Part shown: positions 1-8,456 of the stretch, one piece after another
How the letters are laid out: each line of letters opens with the position of its first letter
Numbering within the stretch: the stretch's first letter is position 1
Origin: Oceanispirochaeta sp.
GTDB taxonomy: Bacteria; Spirochaetota; Spirochaetia; DSM-2461
Direction: 5' to 3'
DNA length: 64,000 bases
Assembly: GCA_963663385.2 (NCBI GenBank)
Contig: CAXXXD010000004.1
Location: 64,001 to 128,000, forward strand
The notes under the pieces: generated by a model
Told to the model about the DNA's origin: nothing
The model's database searches: none
What the model saw: only the letters and a program-made list of their open reading frames with translations
Program-made: the position numbers and the translations under genes

Positions 1-669
1 TTCAAGCTCTATCCCGGTGAGGTCCTGGGTATAACAGGCGTTGTGGGAGCCGGAAAATCCGAGCTGGGGCATGCTCTTTTCGGTGCCGTCAAAAGGGCGG
101 GAGGCGAGATCCTGCTGGACGGGAAGCCCCGCCGTATCAGATCGCCCCGGGACGCCGTATCCGCCGGCATAGGGATGACCACCGAAGACAGGAAGGAAAC
201 AGGGCTTCTGCTGGACGATTCGATCAGGCGCAACCTGTCCCTGGCATCTCTGAAGAGGATCTTGAAAAACGGTATCATCCACTCCGGAAACGAGCTGGAG
301 CTTTCGGAAAGAAGCTGCAGGAATCTTGAAGTGAAGTCTACCGGACCGGAACAGCATCTGCGGTTTCTGAGCGGCGGGAATCAGCAGAAAATCGTTATAG
401 GAAAGTGGCTCGCAGCGGATCCGGATGTGCTGATAATGGATGAACCGACCCGGGGGATCGATATCGGTGCCAAACAGGCCGTCTACAGGGTTATCAGAGA
501 GCTGGCGTCCAAGGGGAAATCGGTCATCTTCCTGTCCTCCGAGCTGCCCGAAGTCCACGCCCTCTGCCACAGGATCCTTGTGATGGGACGGGGATACATT
601 CAGAGGGAGTTTTGTCCCGAAGATTCAATAGAATCCATAATGAAAGCCATGCTGGAAGGAGATGCATAA
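1..669 (+). CDS. Sugar ABC transporter ATP-binding protein (RbsA/MglA, CUT2 family), 5'-truncated by window edge
   Basis: Frame 1 is open from base 1 (FKLYPGEVLGITGVVGAGKSE). LSGGNQQK signature, VLIMDEPTRGIDIGAK Walker B region and SSELPE are typical of the C-terminal NBD of RbsA-like proteins. Confidence 0.95.
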   Translation, partial: FKLYPGEVLGITGVVGAGKSELGHALFGAVKRAGGEILLDGKPRRIRSPRDAVSAGIGMTTEDRKETGLLLDDSIRRNLSLASLKRILKNGIIHSGNELELSERSCRNLEVKSTGPEQHLRFLSGGNQQKIVIGKWLAADPDVLIMDEPTRGIDIGAKQAVYRVIRELASKGKSVIFLSSELPEVHALCHRILVMGRGYIQREFCPEDSIESIMKAMLEGDA

Positions 670-672
670 GCC

Positions 673-1632
673 ATGAACTCGGTAAATATATTAAATCAGA
701 AAAATCTGACCCAGATAACACAGAAATACGGAATCATGATTCTGTTTTCTATACTCAGTATTATAATTTCTATCGTCACACCAAACTTTCTGAACAGCCA
801 GAATATTATCAATATTCTGAGACAGAGCTCCATTATCGGAGTGATGGCCATAGGAACAACCTTTGTTATTATCGGCGGAGGATTCGATATTTCGGTGGGG
901 AGTGTGCTGGCTCTGTCTGCAGCCATGGCGCTCGGGCTGCAGGCGCATATGCACTGGGTCCTTGCCATGACTGTCGTTCTCCTTGCGGGAGCCGCCATTG
1001 GATTCTGTAACGGATTCCTTGCCGCCAAAATAGGGATAGTTCCGATCATCGCCACTTTGGGAACCCAAACCTTTGTCCGGGGGCTGACCTATATGTACAC
1101 AGGAGGATATCCCGTTACCGGAGACTCTGCGGGATTCCAGTTTATCGGCTCCGGGTATATCGGCGTTATCCCTTTCCCGATCATACTGCTTCTGACCATG
1201 GTTTTTCTCTGGCAGTTTGTATTGAGTAAAACTCCTCTCGGACGTTACAGCTGTGCTATCGGCGGGAATAAGGAGGCTACAAGGCTCTCGGGAGTCAATG
1301 TGGACTTCTATCAGATCATGACCTTTGTGATCGGCGGCGGTATGGCTTCCATGGCCGGCATTGTCTATGCAGCCCGTCTGAGTTCCGCCACTCCCCTGGC
1401 GGGACAGGGGTATGACCTTGACGCGATCGCTTCAACGGTTATCGGCGGCACCAGTGTTTCGGGAGGACAGGGCAGTATCGTAGGAACCCTGATCGGGGTT
1501 CTTCTGATGACGATTCTGAATAATATGTTCAACCTTATGGGAGTACAGGTGTATGTGCAGTACCTTGTCAAAGGAATGATTATCCTCCTGGTTGTGGGGA
1601 TCGACTCCTATTCCAAAAAGCAGAAAAACTGA
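673..1632 (+). CDS. Sugar ABC transporter permease (RbsC/BPD_transp_2 family)
   Basis: Multi-TM protein with GGFDISVGS, GRYSCAIGGNKEATRLSGV and YDLDAIASTVIGGTSVSGGQG motifs. Confidence 0.95.
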   Translation: MNSVNILNQKNLTQITQKYGIMILFSILSIIISIVTPNFLNSQNIINILRQSSIIGVMAIGTTFVIIGGGFDISVGSVLALSAAMALGLQAHMHWVLAMTVVLLAGAAIGFCNGFLAAKIGIVPIIATLGTQTFVRGLTYMYTGGYPVTGDSAGFQFIGSGYIGVIPFPIILLLTMVFLWQFVLSKTPLGRYSCAIGGNKEATRLSGVNVDFYQIMTFVIGGGMASMAGIVYAARLSSATPLAGQGYDLDAIASTVIGGTSVSGGQGSIVGTLIGVLLMTILNNMFNLMGVQVYVQYLVKGMIILLVVGIDSYSKKQKN

Positions 1633-1689
1633 AAACCCATTATAAACTTGGTGGTGACTTAAGTATGAGAACAGGATTATAATGCCGGT

Positions 1690-3045
1690 ATGACAGACAG
1701 GAAGAGCAGTGAAAACAGGATGAACCGTGTGCTTATCGTCGATGATGAGCTTGAGTACTGTCTGTCCATGAAGGATCTTTTCGAGGAGTCCGGCTATTTC
1801 TGTTCTCATTCTACTGAGCCCGAATCCGTTATCGGGCTGCTGACGTCAGGGGATATCGATATTATTCTCCTGGATCTGAAGATGCCGGGAATCAGCGGCA
1901 TCGATCTTCTTAAGAGAATCCGGATCTATGATTCCCGGATTCCGGTTATTATCGTCTCCGGACATATCGATATAGAAACGACGGTGCAGGCTATGCAGAT
2001 AGGAGCCATGAATGTCCTGAAGAAGCCTGTGCGTTTCAGCAGAATGCTCAAAGAGATATCTGGAATCCTCAATACCGGCGAAAGGCCGGCTGTTTCCAAT
2101 GGGAATCCCGTACCCGGTTCACCGATCATCTGCAGCCATAAGGGGATGCTTGAAATAATCAGTTCCCTGAAAAAAGTAGCCGAAACGAATGCTCCTGTAC
2201 TGATAACAGGTGAAAGCGGAACCGGGAAGGAGCTGATAGCCGATGAGATACACCGGCTGAGCAGGCGTTCCGACAAAAACTTTGTAAAGCTCAATTGCGC
2301 CTCCCTCCCGGAGCCGCTGCTTGAAAGCGAACTTTTCGGTCACAGGAAGGGTGCCTTTACCGGGGCAGACAAGGACAGACCGGGACGTTTCAACCTGGCT
2401 CACGGAGGCAGTATGTTTCTGGATGAGATGGGAGATATGAGCCTGATGATTCAGGCCAAACTGCTCCGGGTCCTTCAGGACCGACAGATCACAGCCCTTG
2501 GAGAAGACGAGGCAAAATCCGTTGATGTAAGGATAATAGCGGCAACGAACAAGGATCTTCATGCCATGATGAAGGCCGGGAGTTTCCGGGAGGACCTGTA
2601 CTACAGGCTGTCGGTCGTCCACTTTGAACTCCCGCCTCTTAGGGAGAGAAAAGAGGACATTCTCCTTCTGGCCGAAGCCTTCAGGGAGGAAGCCTGCCGC
2701 GAGTACGGAAGAGGGATCATCGGATTTGAAGCGGAGGTGGAGGATCTTCTCCGCTCCCATATGTGGCCGGGGAATATCAGGGAACTGAAAAACTGCATTC
2801 AGCGCTCCGTTATCTTCTGTGAAAATGAGCGGATCGCGAAAGGGGACCTTCCCTCTCAGTACCAGGATATCCAGAGCTTGAACTGGTCTGATGAATATGA
2901 ACTGGCCATTGACAATATCAACAGGGAACTTATAGAGGAAGCCCTCCGTAAGAGCCGGGGCAGGAAGTCAAGGGCGGCGGAACTTCTGAATATAGACCGT
3001 AAAACCCTCTATAACAAGATGAAGAAACTGAACATAGGGGAATAG
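1690..3045 (+). CDS. Sigma-54-dependent response regulator (NtrC/AtoC family: REC + AAA+ + Fis HTH)
   Basis: VLIVDDE and LLDLKMPG receiver; GESGTGKEL Walker A; ESELFGHRKGAFTGA (GAFTGA loop); WPGNIRELKN; C-terminal AAELLNIDRKTLYNKMK HTH. Confidence 0.95.
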   Translation: MTDRKSSENRMNRVLIVDDELEYCLSMKDLFEESGYFCSHSTEPESVIGLLTSGDIDIILLDLKMPGISGIDLLKRIRIYDSRIPVIIVSGHIDIETTVQAMQIGAMNVLKKPVRFSRMLKEISGILNTGERPAVSNGNPVPGSPIICSHKGMLEIISSLKKVAETNAPVLITGESGTGKELIADEIHRLSRRSDKNFVKLNCASLPEPLLESELFGHRKGAFTGADKDRPGRFNLAHGGSMFLDEMGDMSLMIQAKLLRVLQDRQITALGEDEAKSVDVRIIAATNKDLHAMMKAGSFREDLYYRLSVVHFELPPLRERKEDILLLAEAFREEACREYGRGIIGFEAEVEDLLRSHMWPGNIRELKNCIQRSVIFCENERIAKGDLPSQYQDIQSLNWSDEYELAIDNINRELIEEALRKSRGRKSRAAELLNIDRKTLYNKMKKLNIGE

Positions 3046-3053
3046 GCCGGGGT

Positions 3054-4862
3054 ATGGACGAAGTTCTTCAGATGAATGATATTCATCATTCCTATGGGGT
3101 GACAAAGGCGCTGAACGGAGTTGATTTCAAGCTCCGCAGGGGGGAATTCCATGCTCTGGCAGGAGATCACAGAGCCGGAAAATCCACTCTGATCAAGCTG
3201 CTCTGCGGTGCCATCCGCTGCCGCCAGGGGGAGATCGTGCTCCCTTCCGGTATCTACTCCTCCCTGACACCGCGCAGGGCCAACCGGGAGGGGATAGGCG
3301 TTGTTTTTCAGGAGGAGTCTCTGGTTCCCTCCATGAATGCCGTTGATAATCTCTTCTCCGGACATTACAGGCTCTTTCCGGGCGGAACGATCCGCTATAA
3401 GCAGCATGCGGAAGAACTTAGACGTTTCTGCTCCTCCATGGATCTGGACCTGGATCTTAACAGAGCTGTTTCCCAGATCGATAAGGTTCATCAGCATCTG
3501 ATTGAATTTATAAGGGCAATCTATTTTAATCCCTCGATTCTGATTCTGGATGAGATCTCCATTCGGTTTAACCCCAGAGAGATGGACCTTATCTACAGAC
3601 AGGTTCTGAAGATGAAAAAGGAAGGTCTCGGGATCATCTATATCTCCCATGATATGGATGAGGTTATGGAATTCGCGGACAGGGTGACCATTCTCAAGGA
3701 CGGGCAGTGCAGAAAGACCGAGAGCATCGGGAATCTTAACAAGATGCAGCTCTACTATATGACCTACTCCCGGGAACTCTCCAGAAAAGAACTCCGACAG
3801 GCAAATCTTGAACTTTACAAATTCAAAAAATACAACGAAGCCGTCATCCGTAATATCCCGGTGGGCGCTGTCATCCTGGATAAGGACCGGAAAATCTATC
3901 AGGTAAACGAAAAAGCCTCTTCCCTGCTGCGCTTCAAGGGGGAAAATGAGGTTGATCTCGAAAGAGTCCTGAGAGATCTGCGACCCGATGACGCAGATGA
4001 AATCAGACAGGCCATCAAAGAGGAGAGAAGGCTTCATCTTGTGAGTGTTGCCTATGGTGAGGACAGTTTCTATGACCTGCTCTGTACCCCATTCAGCGGA
4101 GATGACGGAGAAGCCGGCGGGACAATCATACTGATTGATGACAGAACGGAAGCGCTGAAGCTTCGCGATTACATGAGGCGGACAGAGCAGATTTCATCCA
4201 TCGCCGAGTTGGCGGCCGGCGTTGCTCATGAGATCAATAATCCCCTGAATATAATTCTGAATTATATGGATCTGCTTTCCATGGCCATTCAGGACGAACC
4301 GTCTGTGGGCAGGCTGAAAAAGATTGAAAGGGAGATACAGAGGATTACCGAAATCACAGGAAGTCTCCTCTCCTTTTCCAGGGTCAAAGATACGGAAATG
4401 ACGGAGTGTGACTTGAAGCAGGCTCTTGAAGAGGCTCTTCTTCTTCTGAAATACCGTATTGAGTCAAGAGAGGTCAAACTTCTTCTCGACCTGCCGGAAG
4501 ATCCTGTCATGATTTATGGAAACATGAATAAGCTGGAGCAGGTCTTCATCAATCTTATTATGAACAGCCTGGATGTCCTGCCCCCTATGGGGGAGATAAG
4601 GGTCCATATCGACAGCAGTGAGGATACCGTGAGGGCGACTTTTTCGGACAACGGCCCCGGTATTGATGAAACCATTGTCGACGATATTTTCAATCCCTTC
4701 TTCACGACCAAGCTGGCGGATAAGAATTCCGGCCTGGGGCTTTCCGTATCGCTTCATATCATGTCCGAGCACAGGGGAACGATCGAATATTTGCGGGGAA
4801 ACGGTTTGACCACCTTCCTGCTGAGTTTTTCAAATACGGTCGGCCCGGGTGTAGTCGAATGA
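3054..4862 (+). CDS. Hybrid protein: ABC-type nucleotide-binding domain + PAS + histidine kinase (HisKA/HATPase)
   Basis: N-terminal RbsA-like NBD (GDHRAGKST, VVFQE Q-loop, ILILDEIS, YISHD). PAS start at VIRNIPVGAVILD...VNEKA. H-box AAGVAHEINNPL, N-box QVFINLIMNS, DNGPGI, FNPFFTTK, SGLGLSV. No hydrophobic TM stretch. Confidence 0.9.
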   Translation: MDEVLQMNDIHHSYGVTKALNGVDFKLRRGEFHALAGDHRAGKSTLIKLLCGAIRCRQGEIVLPSGIYSSLTPRRANREGIGVVFQEESLVPSMNAVDNLFSGHYRLFPGGTIRYKQHAEELRRFCSSMDLDLDLNRAVSQIDKVHQHLIEFIRAIYFNPSILILDEISIRFNPREMDLIYRQVLKMKKEGLGIIYISHDMDEVMEFADRVTILKDGQCRKTESIGNLNKMQLYYMTYSRELSRKELRQANLELYKFKKYNEAVIRNIPVGAVILDKDRKIYQVNEKASSLLRFKGENEVDLERVLRDLRPDDADEIRQAIKEERRLHLVSVAYGEDSFYDLLCTPFSGDDGEAGGTIILIDDRTEALKLRDYMRRTEQISSIAELAAGVAHEINNPLNIILNYMDLLSMAIQDEPSVGRLKKIEREIQRITEITGSLLSFSRVKDTEMTECDLKQALEEALLLLKYRIESREVKLLLDLPEDPVMIYGNMNKLEQVFINLIMNSLDVLPPMGEIRVHIDSSEDTVRATFSDNGPGIDETIVDDIFNPFFTTKLADKNSGLGLSVSLHIMSEHRGTIEYLRGNGLTTFLLSFSNTVGPGVVE

Positions 4863-4995
4863 TTTAAATTCTGAAGATCCGGGGATAACCGGTACTTTAT
4901 CCGGTTGTTTTCAATCGGCCGAAGACTACCCGGCTCCTGTCAGGGGCGTGATATCTTGTTTGAATCTAATGTAAAATACGATATAATACGTTCCT

Positions 4996-5826
4996 GTGAG
5001 AACCAGTAACAGTTTATTATCAGCTTCCCTGCAGGAAAGACAGAAAGAACTGTCGTGTATCTTTTCTGTTGTCCGGATCCTTGTGATACCTGCCATCTCG
5101 ATTAATGCGGCGTTAGAGAAAATAGCGGAAGCTGTCCCTCAGGGTTTTACGTCTCCTGAAAAAACTCAAATTCAAATAAAATATAAGAGTTTCAATATTA
5201 CGTATGGCGCTTCCGGTAAAGTCATTGATTCTATTGAGGAGCCCTTAAAAGATGAAGCTGGAGAGGCTGGTTCCATTTGGGTCGGTATAGTGGAGCAGCA
5301 GAATAATAACACCTCCAGCCTCCTGCAGGAGGAGAAAGAGCTTCTTAAAGGATTAGCAGTTGTCTCCTCAGCAGTTATTGCCCGTATTGAAATGGAGAAT
5401 TCTCTCGCTGAAGCATTCAGCGAGCTGAAGCAGAAAAATTCAGCTTTAAGAGAAATACTGTTCCAGGTCGAGTCAGAAAAAAGAAGGCACTATGATGTAT
5501 TGTGTCATTTTGTGGAAAACCGGATTTTCCCTCTACTGGATGAGAAAGTTACCGATTCCAGGCAGATGCACATAATGAAAGAGATGGAGGAGGAACTGCT
5601 GTTTTCTCAACCAAACAAAGATCTCATCGATCAACTATCTCTCCTTTCTCCCCGGGAGTACCAGATCTGCAGCTATATAAAAGCGGGAATGACCAATAAA
5701 GAAATCGGAGAACTATTGAAGTTGTCATCTTCCACAGTAGAAAAACATCGTCATAGTATTAGAAAAAAGCTGAACCTGACAAATCGGAATATAAATCTGT
5801 CTATTTATTTGCGGAACCTCAAGTAA
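4996..5826 (+). CDS. LuxR-family HTH transcriptional regulator with N-terminal GAF-like region
   Basis: C-terminal LSPREYQICSYIKAGMTNKEIGELLKLSSSTVEKHRHSIRKKL LuxR HTH; N-terminal LQERQKELSC.. sensory-type segment; GTG start. Confidence 0.88.
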   Translation: MRTSNSLLSASLQERQKELSCIFSVVRILVIPAISINAALEKIAEAVPQGFTSPEKTQIQIKYKSFNITYGASGKVIDSIEEPLKDEAGEAGSIWVGIVEQQNNNTSSLLQEEKELLKGLAVVSSAVIARIEMENSLAEAFSELKQKNSALREILFQVESEKRRHYDVLCHFVENRIFPLLDEKVTDSRQMHIMKEMEEELLFSQPNKDLIDQLSLLSPREYQICSYIKAGMTNKEIGELLKLSSSTVEKHRHSIRKKLNLTNRNINLSIYLRNLK

Positions 5827-5965
5827 ACCTCTTCCGGAATATAGAACGGTTTTAAAATTCATCAAGAATTGAGTATAAACTGAGTTCTCACTAGGTAGTT
5901 TATAACCATAACATACCCACTTTTTCAATATTGCCCGGGTCTGCCCTTAATCATAGAATGTACGT

Positions 5966-6382
5966 ATGAAAATTATTAATCGTATATTGAATTCCCATGA
6001 TATAGATAGGATCAGCGGATTTCTTAAACTGGCCACTATGGGTGGAAAAGAAAAGTTCAGAACACTCTGTGAATTGAAAAAGGATCTGGAGACAGCTGCA
6101 ATCCTTGAACCGGAGGATATGCCCCCGAATGTTGTAACTATGAACAGCGAGGTTCGTATTGAAGGGGTAACTTCTGACGGGTCTACCGTTGTAAAACTGG
6201 TATTTCCGCAGGAAGTCAGTTCCAAAGAGGGGAATATTTCCCTCCTGGCTCCCCTGGGCGCCGCATTACTGGGGCGTCAAAGAGGAGATCTTATCTCGTA
6301 CTCGGCCCCGGGGGGAGAAATAAAAGTTAAAATAGACGCTATTATATTTCAACCGGAATCAAATGGAGATTTTATTTCCTGA
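5966..6382 (+). CDS. rnk: GreA/GreB-family factor, Rnk-like (regulator of nucleoside diphosphate kinase)
   Basis: PEDMPPNVVTMNSEV and ISLLAPLGAALLG...GD motifs; short N-terminal coiled coil; ends FQPES as in Rnk. Confidence 0.8.
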   Translation: MKIINRILNSHDIDRISGFLKLATMGGKEKFRTLCELKKDLETAAILEPEDMPPNVVTMNSEVRIEGVTSDGSTVVKLVFPQEVSSKEGNISLLAPLGAALLGRQRGDLISYSAPGGEIKVKIDAIIFQPESNGDFIS

Positions 6383-6409
6383 GTTTTTTATGAATAAAAA
6401 GGGTTAATA

Positions 6410-6733
6410 ATGGGTCTCTTTAGTATTTTGGAAAATGAACCCTATCATTTATAAGCTGTTGCTGTTTTAATTTTTATAGCTCGTGCTGTTGATGTAGCTC
6501 TGGCAACTCTCCGTATATTATTTGCTTCAAGGGGATATCAGAAGCTTTCTGCGCTTGTTGGATTTATCGAAAGCCTTCTCTGGCTGTTCTCATTAATTCC
6601 CAGAAGCCATTTCGCATCAGTTAGAATCCTGTTGGATGGATTTGATTCTTCCATTGTCTATACTGCCGAGGGTGTTCGTTTAATTAAGGGAGCCGGTAAA
6701 AGATGGAAAATGGATCCGCAGCTGAATTATTGA
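6410..6733 (+). pseudogene. Decayed UPF0316 (DUF5698/DUF2179-type) membrane protein gene
   Basis: ATG at 6410 and in-frame TAA at 6452-6454. The same frame then reads LIFIARAVDVALATLRILFASRGYQKLSALVGFIESLLWL (family N-terminus) and joins directly to a C-terminal-like segment (..FDSSIVYTAEGVRLIKG), implying an internal deletion. Confidence 0.65.
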
Positions 6734-7042
6734 AACCGTTTAAAAAACATATTTAATACTCTGAATACGTCCCGGGCTATCAGAGGGTTGAAGCGTCCGG
6801 TCCTGCTATGATGATCTGCCCGTATATTCATATCCCACAGACTCCTGGACAAATTTCCTGTCATTTTTTATTGTAAGGAACCCTTCTTACCAGATATAAG
6901 AAGAAAAAGAGCACTTTTCTTATGGTGATGTTTAAAAACCTTGAATTCCCCGATAAGCGGGATAAAATTATAAGTGGTGAGGGGAATAATTAAAAATATG
7001 TGGACCTGCTGCAACCAGGCAGCCACAAAAGGAGTGTATCCG

Positions 7043-7525
7043 ATGAAAAAATGGATAACGATTTTATTGATAACTATGCTTGCCATGCCTCTGTTTGCAT
7101 CAAACGGTGATACTTTGAATATCGGGGGAGTTGTTCCTCTCCAGTTGGACCTGACCGTAGACCCGGTCCCTTACAGTCCTGACGATCTGACACTTGTGGC
7201 CGGTGTGACAACTGCTGTAACAGCACTGGGGATAGCCGATATTGGTATTGCAACAAACAATACTGCCGGCTGGGAATTGTGGGTCATGTCTGCAAATGCA
7301 GGCTCCCTTCTGAATGATGACGGCGATAACGTAGACTATACTCTGACCTATGACGGGTCGGGCGGAGTTACTGCTGCTGTTCCTATAGTTGCCGGAACAA
7401 AGCTCGGCGAAGCCGGAACCGACGTTGATGAATCTGCTCTTTTATCCATCAACTACAGTCAGGAACCCGATTACCCCGCCGGTTACTACACCGATCAGCT
7501 GACTATTATTCTGAGAGCTAAATAG
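7043..7525 (+). CDS. Secreted pilin-like subunit (major pilin of a chaperone-usher-type operon, Csu/spore-coat-U-like fold)
   Basis: RBS AAAGGAG at 7028-7034 favours ATG 7043 over the ORF-track start. Signal peptide MKKWITILLITMLAMPLFA; beta-rich mature part; C-terminal PAGYYTDQLTIILRAK pilin motif; first gene before chaperone and usher. Confidence 0.78.
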   Translation: MKKWITILLITMLAMPLFASNGDTLNIGGVVPLQLDLTVDPVPYSPDDLTLVAGVTTAVTALGIADIGIATNNTAGWELWVMSANAGSLLNDDGDNVDYTLTYDGSGGVTAAVPIVAGTKLGEAGTDVDESALLSINYSQEPDYPAGYYTDQLTIILRAK

Positions 7526-7526
7526 A

Positions 7527-8429
7527 GTGTCATCCCTAAATAGGAATCTCGCCGCCTTTGCCCTTCTTTTGCTGTTGTTTCAGGGGGGATTGGCGGCTTT
7601 TACATTTTCTCCCATTTCTCAGGAATTTACTGAGGAAGGGAAAAAAAGCAGTCATGTCTTTACAATTTCCAATGATTCTGTTTCTGAAAGAATCGCAGTA
7701 AAGGTGTCTGTTTTTGAAAGATTTATGGATGAAGAGGGGAACGAAACCCTTGAATCCTGTCCCGGCGATTTTCTTATCTATCCTGTCCAGAGTATACTGA
7801 ATCCGGGTGATTCCCGCTCTGTTCGTATCAAATGGCAGGGCGGACAGGTTGGCAAAAGGGAAAAGGCTTACAGGTTGATAGCTGAACAGCTTCCCGTGGA
7901 TTTCCGGGAAGAGCAACCCCGGGACGATGGGGCCGGTATCCGTTTCACCTTTCGTTATGAAGGCAGCCTTTATGTTCTTTCTCCTGAAGCGGAAGCGGAT
8001 ATTCAACTGGTATCCATAAGCGAGATTCCTGCTGAAACAGCTGTAATAATGATTCCCAATGAAGCGGCTATCAAAGCGTATGAAGAAGCTCTGAAGAGCG
8101 TTTCTGAAGAGGACGCGGAATCAGAGGAGACTCCTGTTCTCAAACGTCCCCCGGAAATGATTGAGAAAATTATTGAAGTAGAACCGCCCCGTTTGAAACT
8201 GTTGTTTGAAAACAGTGGAACCCGCCACGCGATCCTGGGAGAATTGACCATACAGCTGGAAAGCCTTTACAGGGATTTTAAGCCTGTAATACTGAACCCG
8301 GAAGATCTGGCCGGTGTTAACGGAGAGAATATCCTGGCGGGCAGTAAGCGGTCTTTTCTGATTCCCGAACCTTCAGAGGTGAAAGGACGGGATATACGCT
8401 GGAGTTTCACCTATAAACCGGTGTACTAA
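7527..8429 (+). CDS. Fimbrial periplasmic chaperone (PapD_N-like)
   Basis: Signal peptide, then FTFSPIS..FTISN, FLIYPVQSILNPGDSRSVRIKW, EKAYRLIAEQLP, ENSGTRH and NILAGSKRSF, all typical pilus-chaperone motifs. Confidence 0.85.
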   Translation: MSSLNRNLAAFALLLLLFQGGLAAFTFSPISQEFTEEGKKSSHVFTISNDSVSERIAVKVSVFERFMDEEGNETLESCPGDFLIYPVQSILNPGDSRSVRIKWQGGQVGKREKAYRLIAEQLPVDFREEQPRDDGAGIRFTFRYEGSLYVLSPEAEADIQLVSISEIPAETAVIMIPNEAAIKAYEEALKSVSEEDAESEETPVLKRPPEMIEKIIEVEPPRLKLLFENSGTRHAILGELTIQLESLYRDFKPVILNPEDLAGVNGENILAGSKRSFLIPEPSEVKGRDIRWSFTYKPVY

Positions 8430-8456
8430 GGTCTTTTCCTGCCGAAAATTAAAGTA

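Noticed and set aside
2119..2760. 213-aa minus-strand ORF
   Set aside because: It is the antisense shadow of the NtrC-type regulator.
3009..4037. 342-aa minus-strand ORF
   Set aside because: It is the antisense shadow of the NBD-kinase gene and has no independent motifs.
6974..7042. Longer N-terminus for the pilin (ORF-track start 6974)
   Set aside because: The strong RBS and signal peptide fit ATG 7043; the extension would bury the signal peptide.
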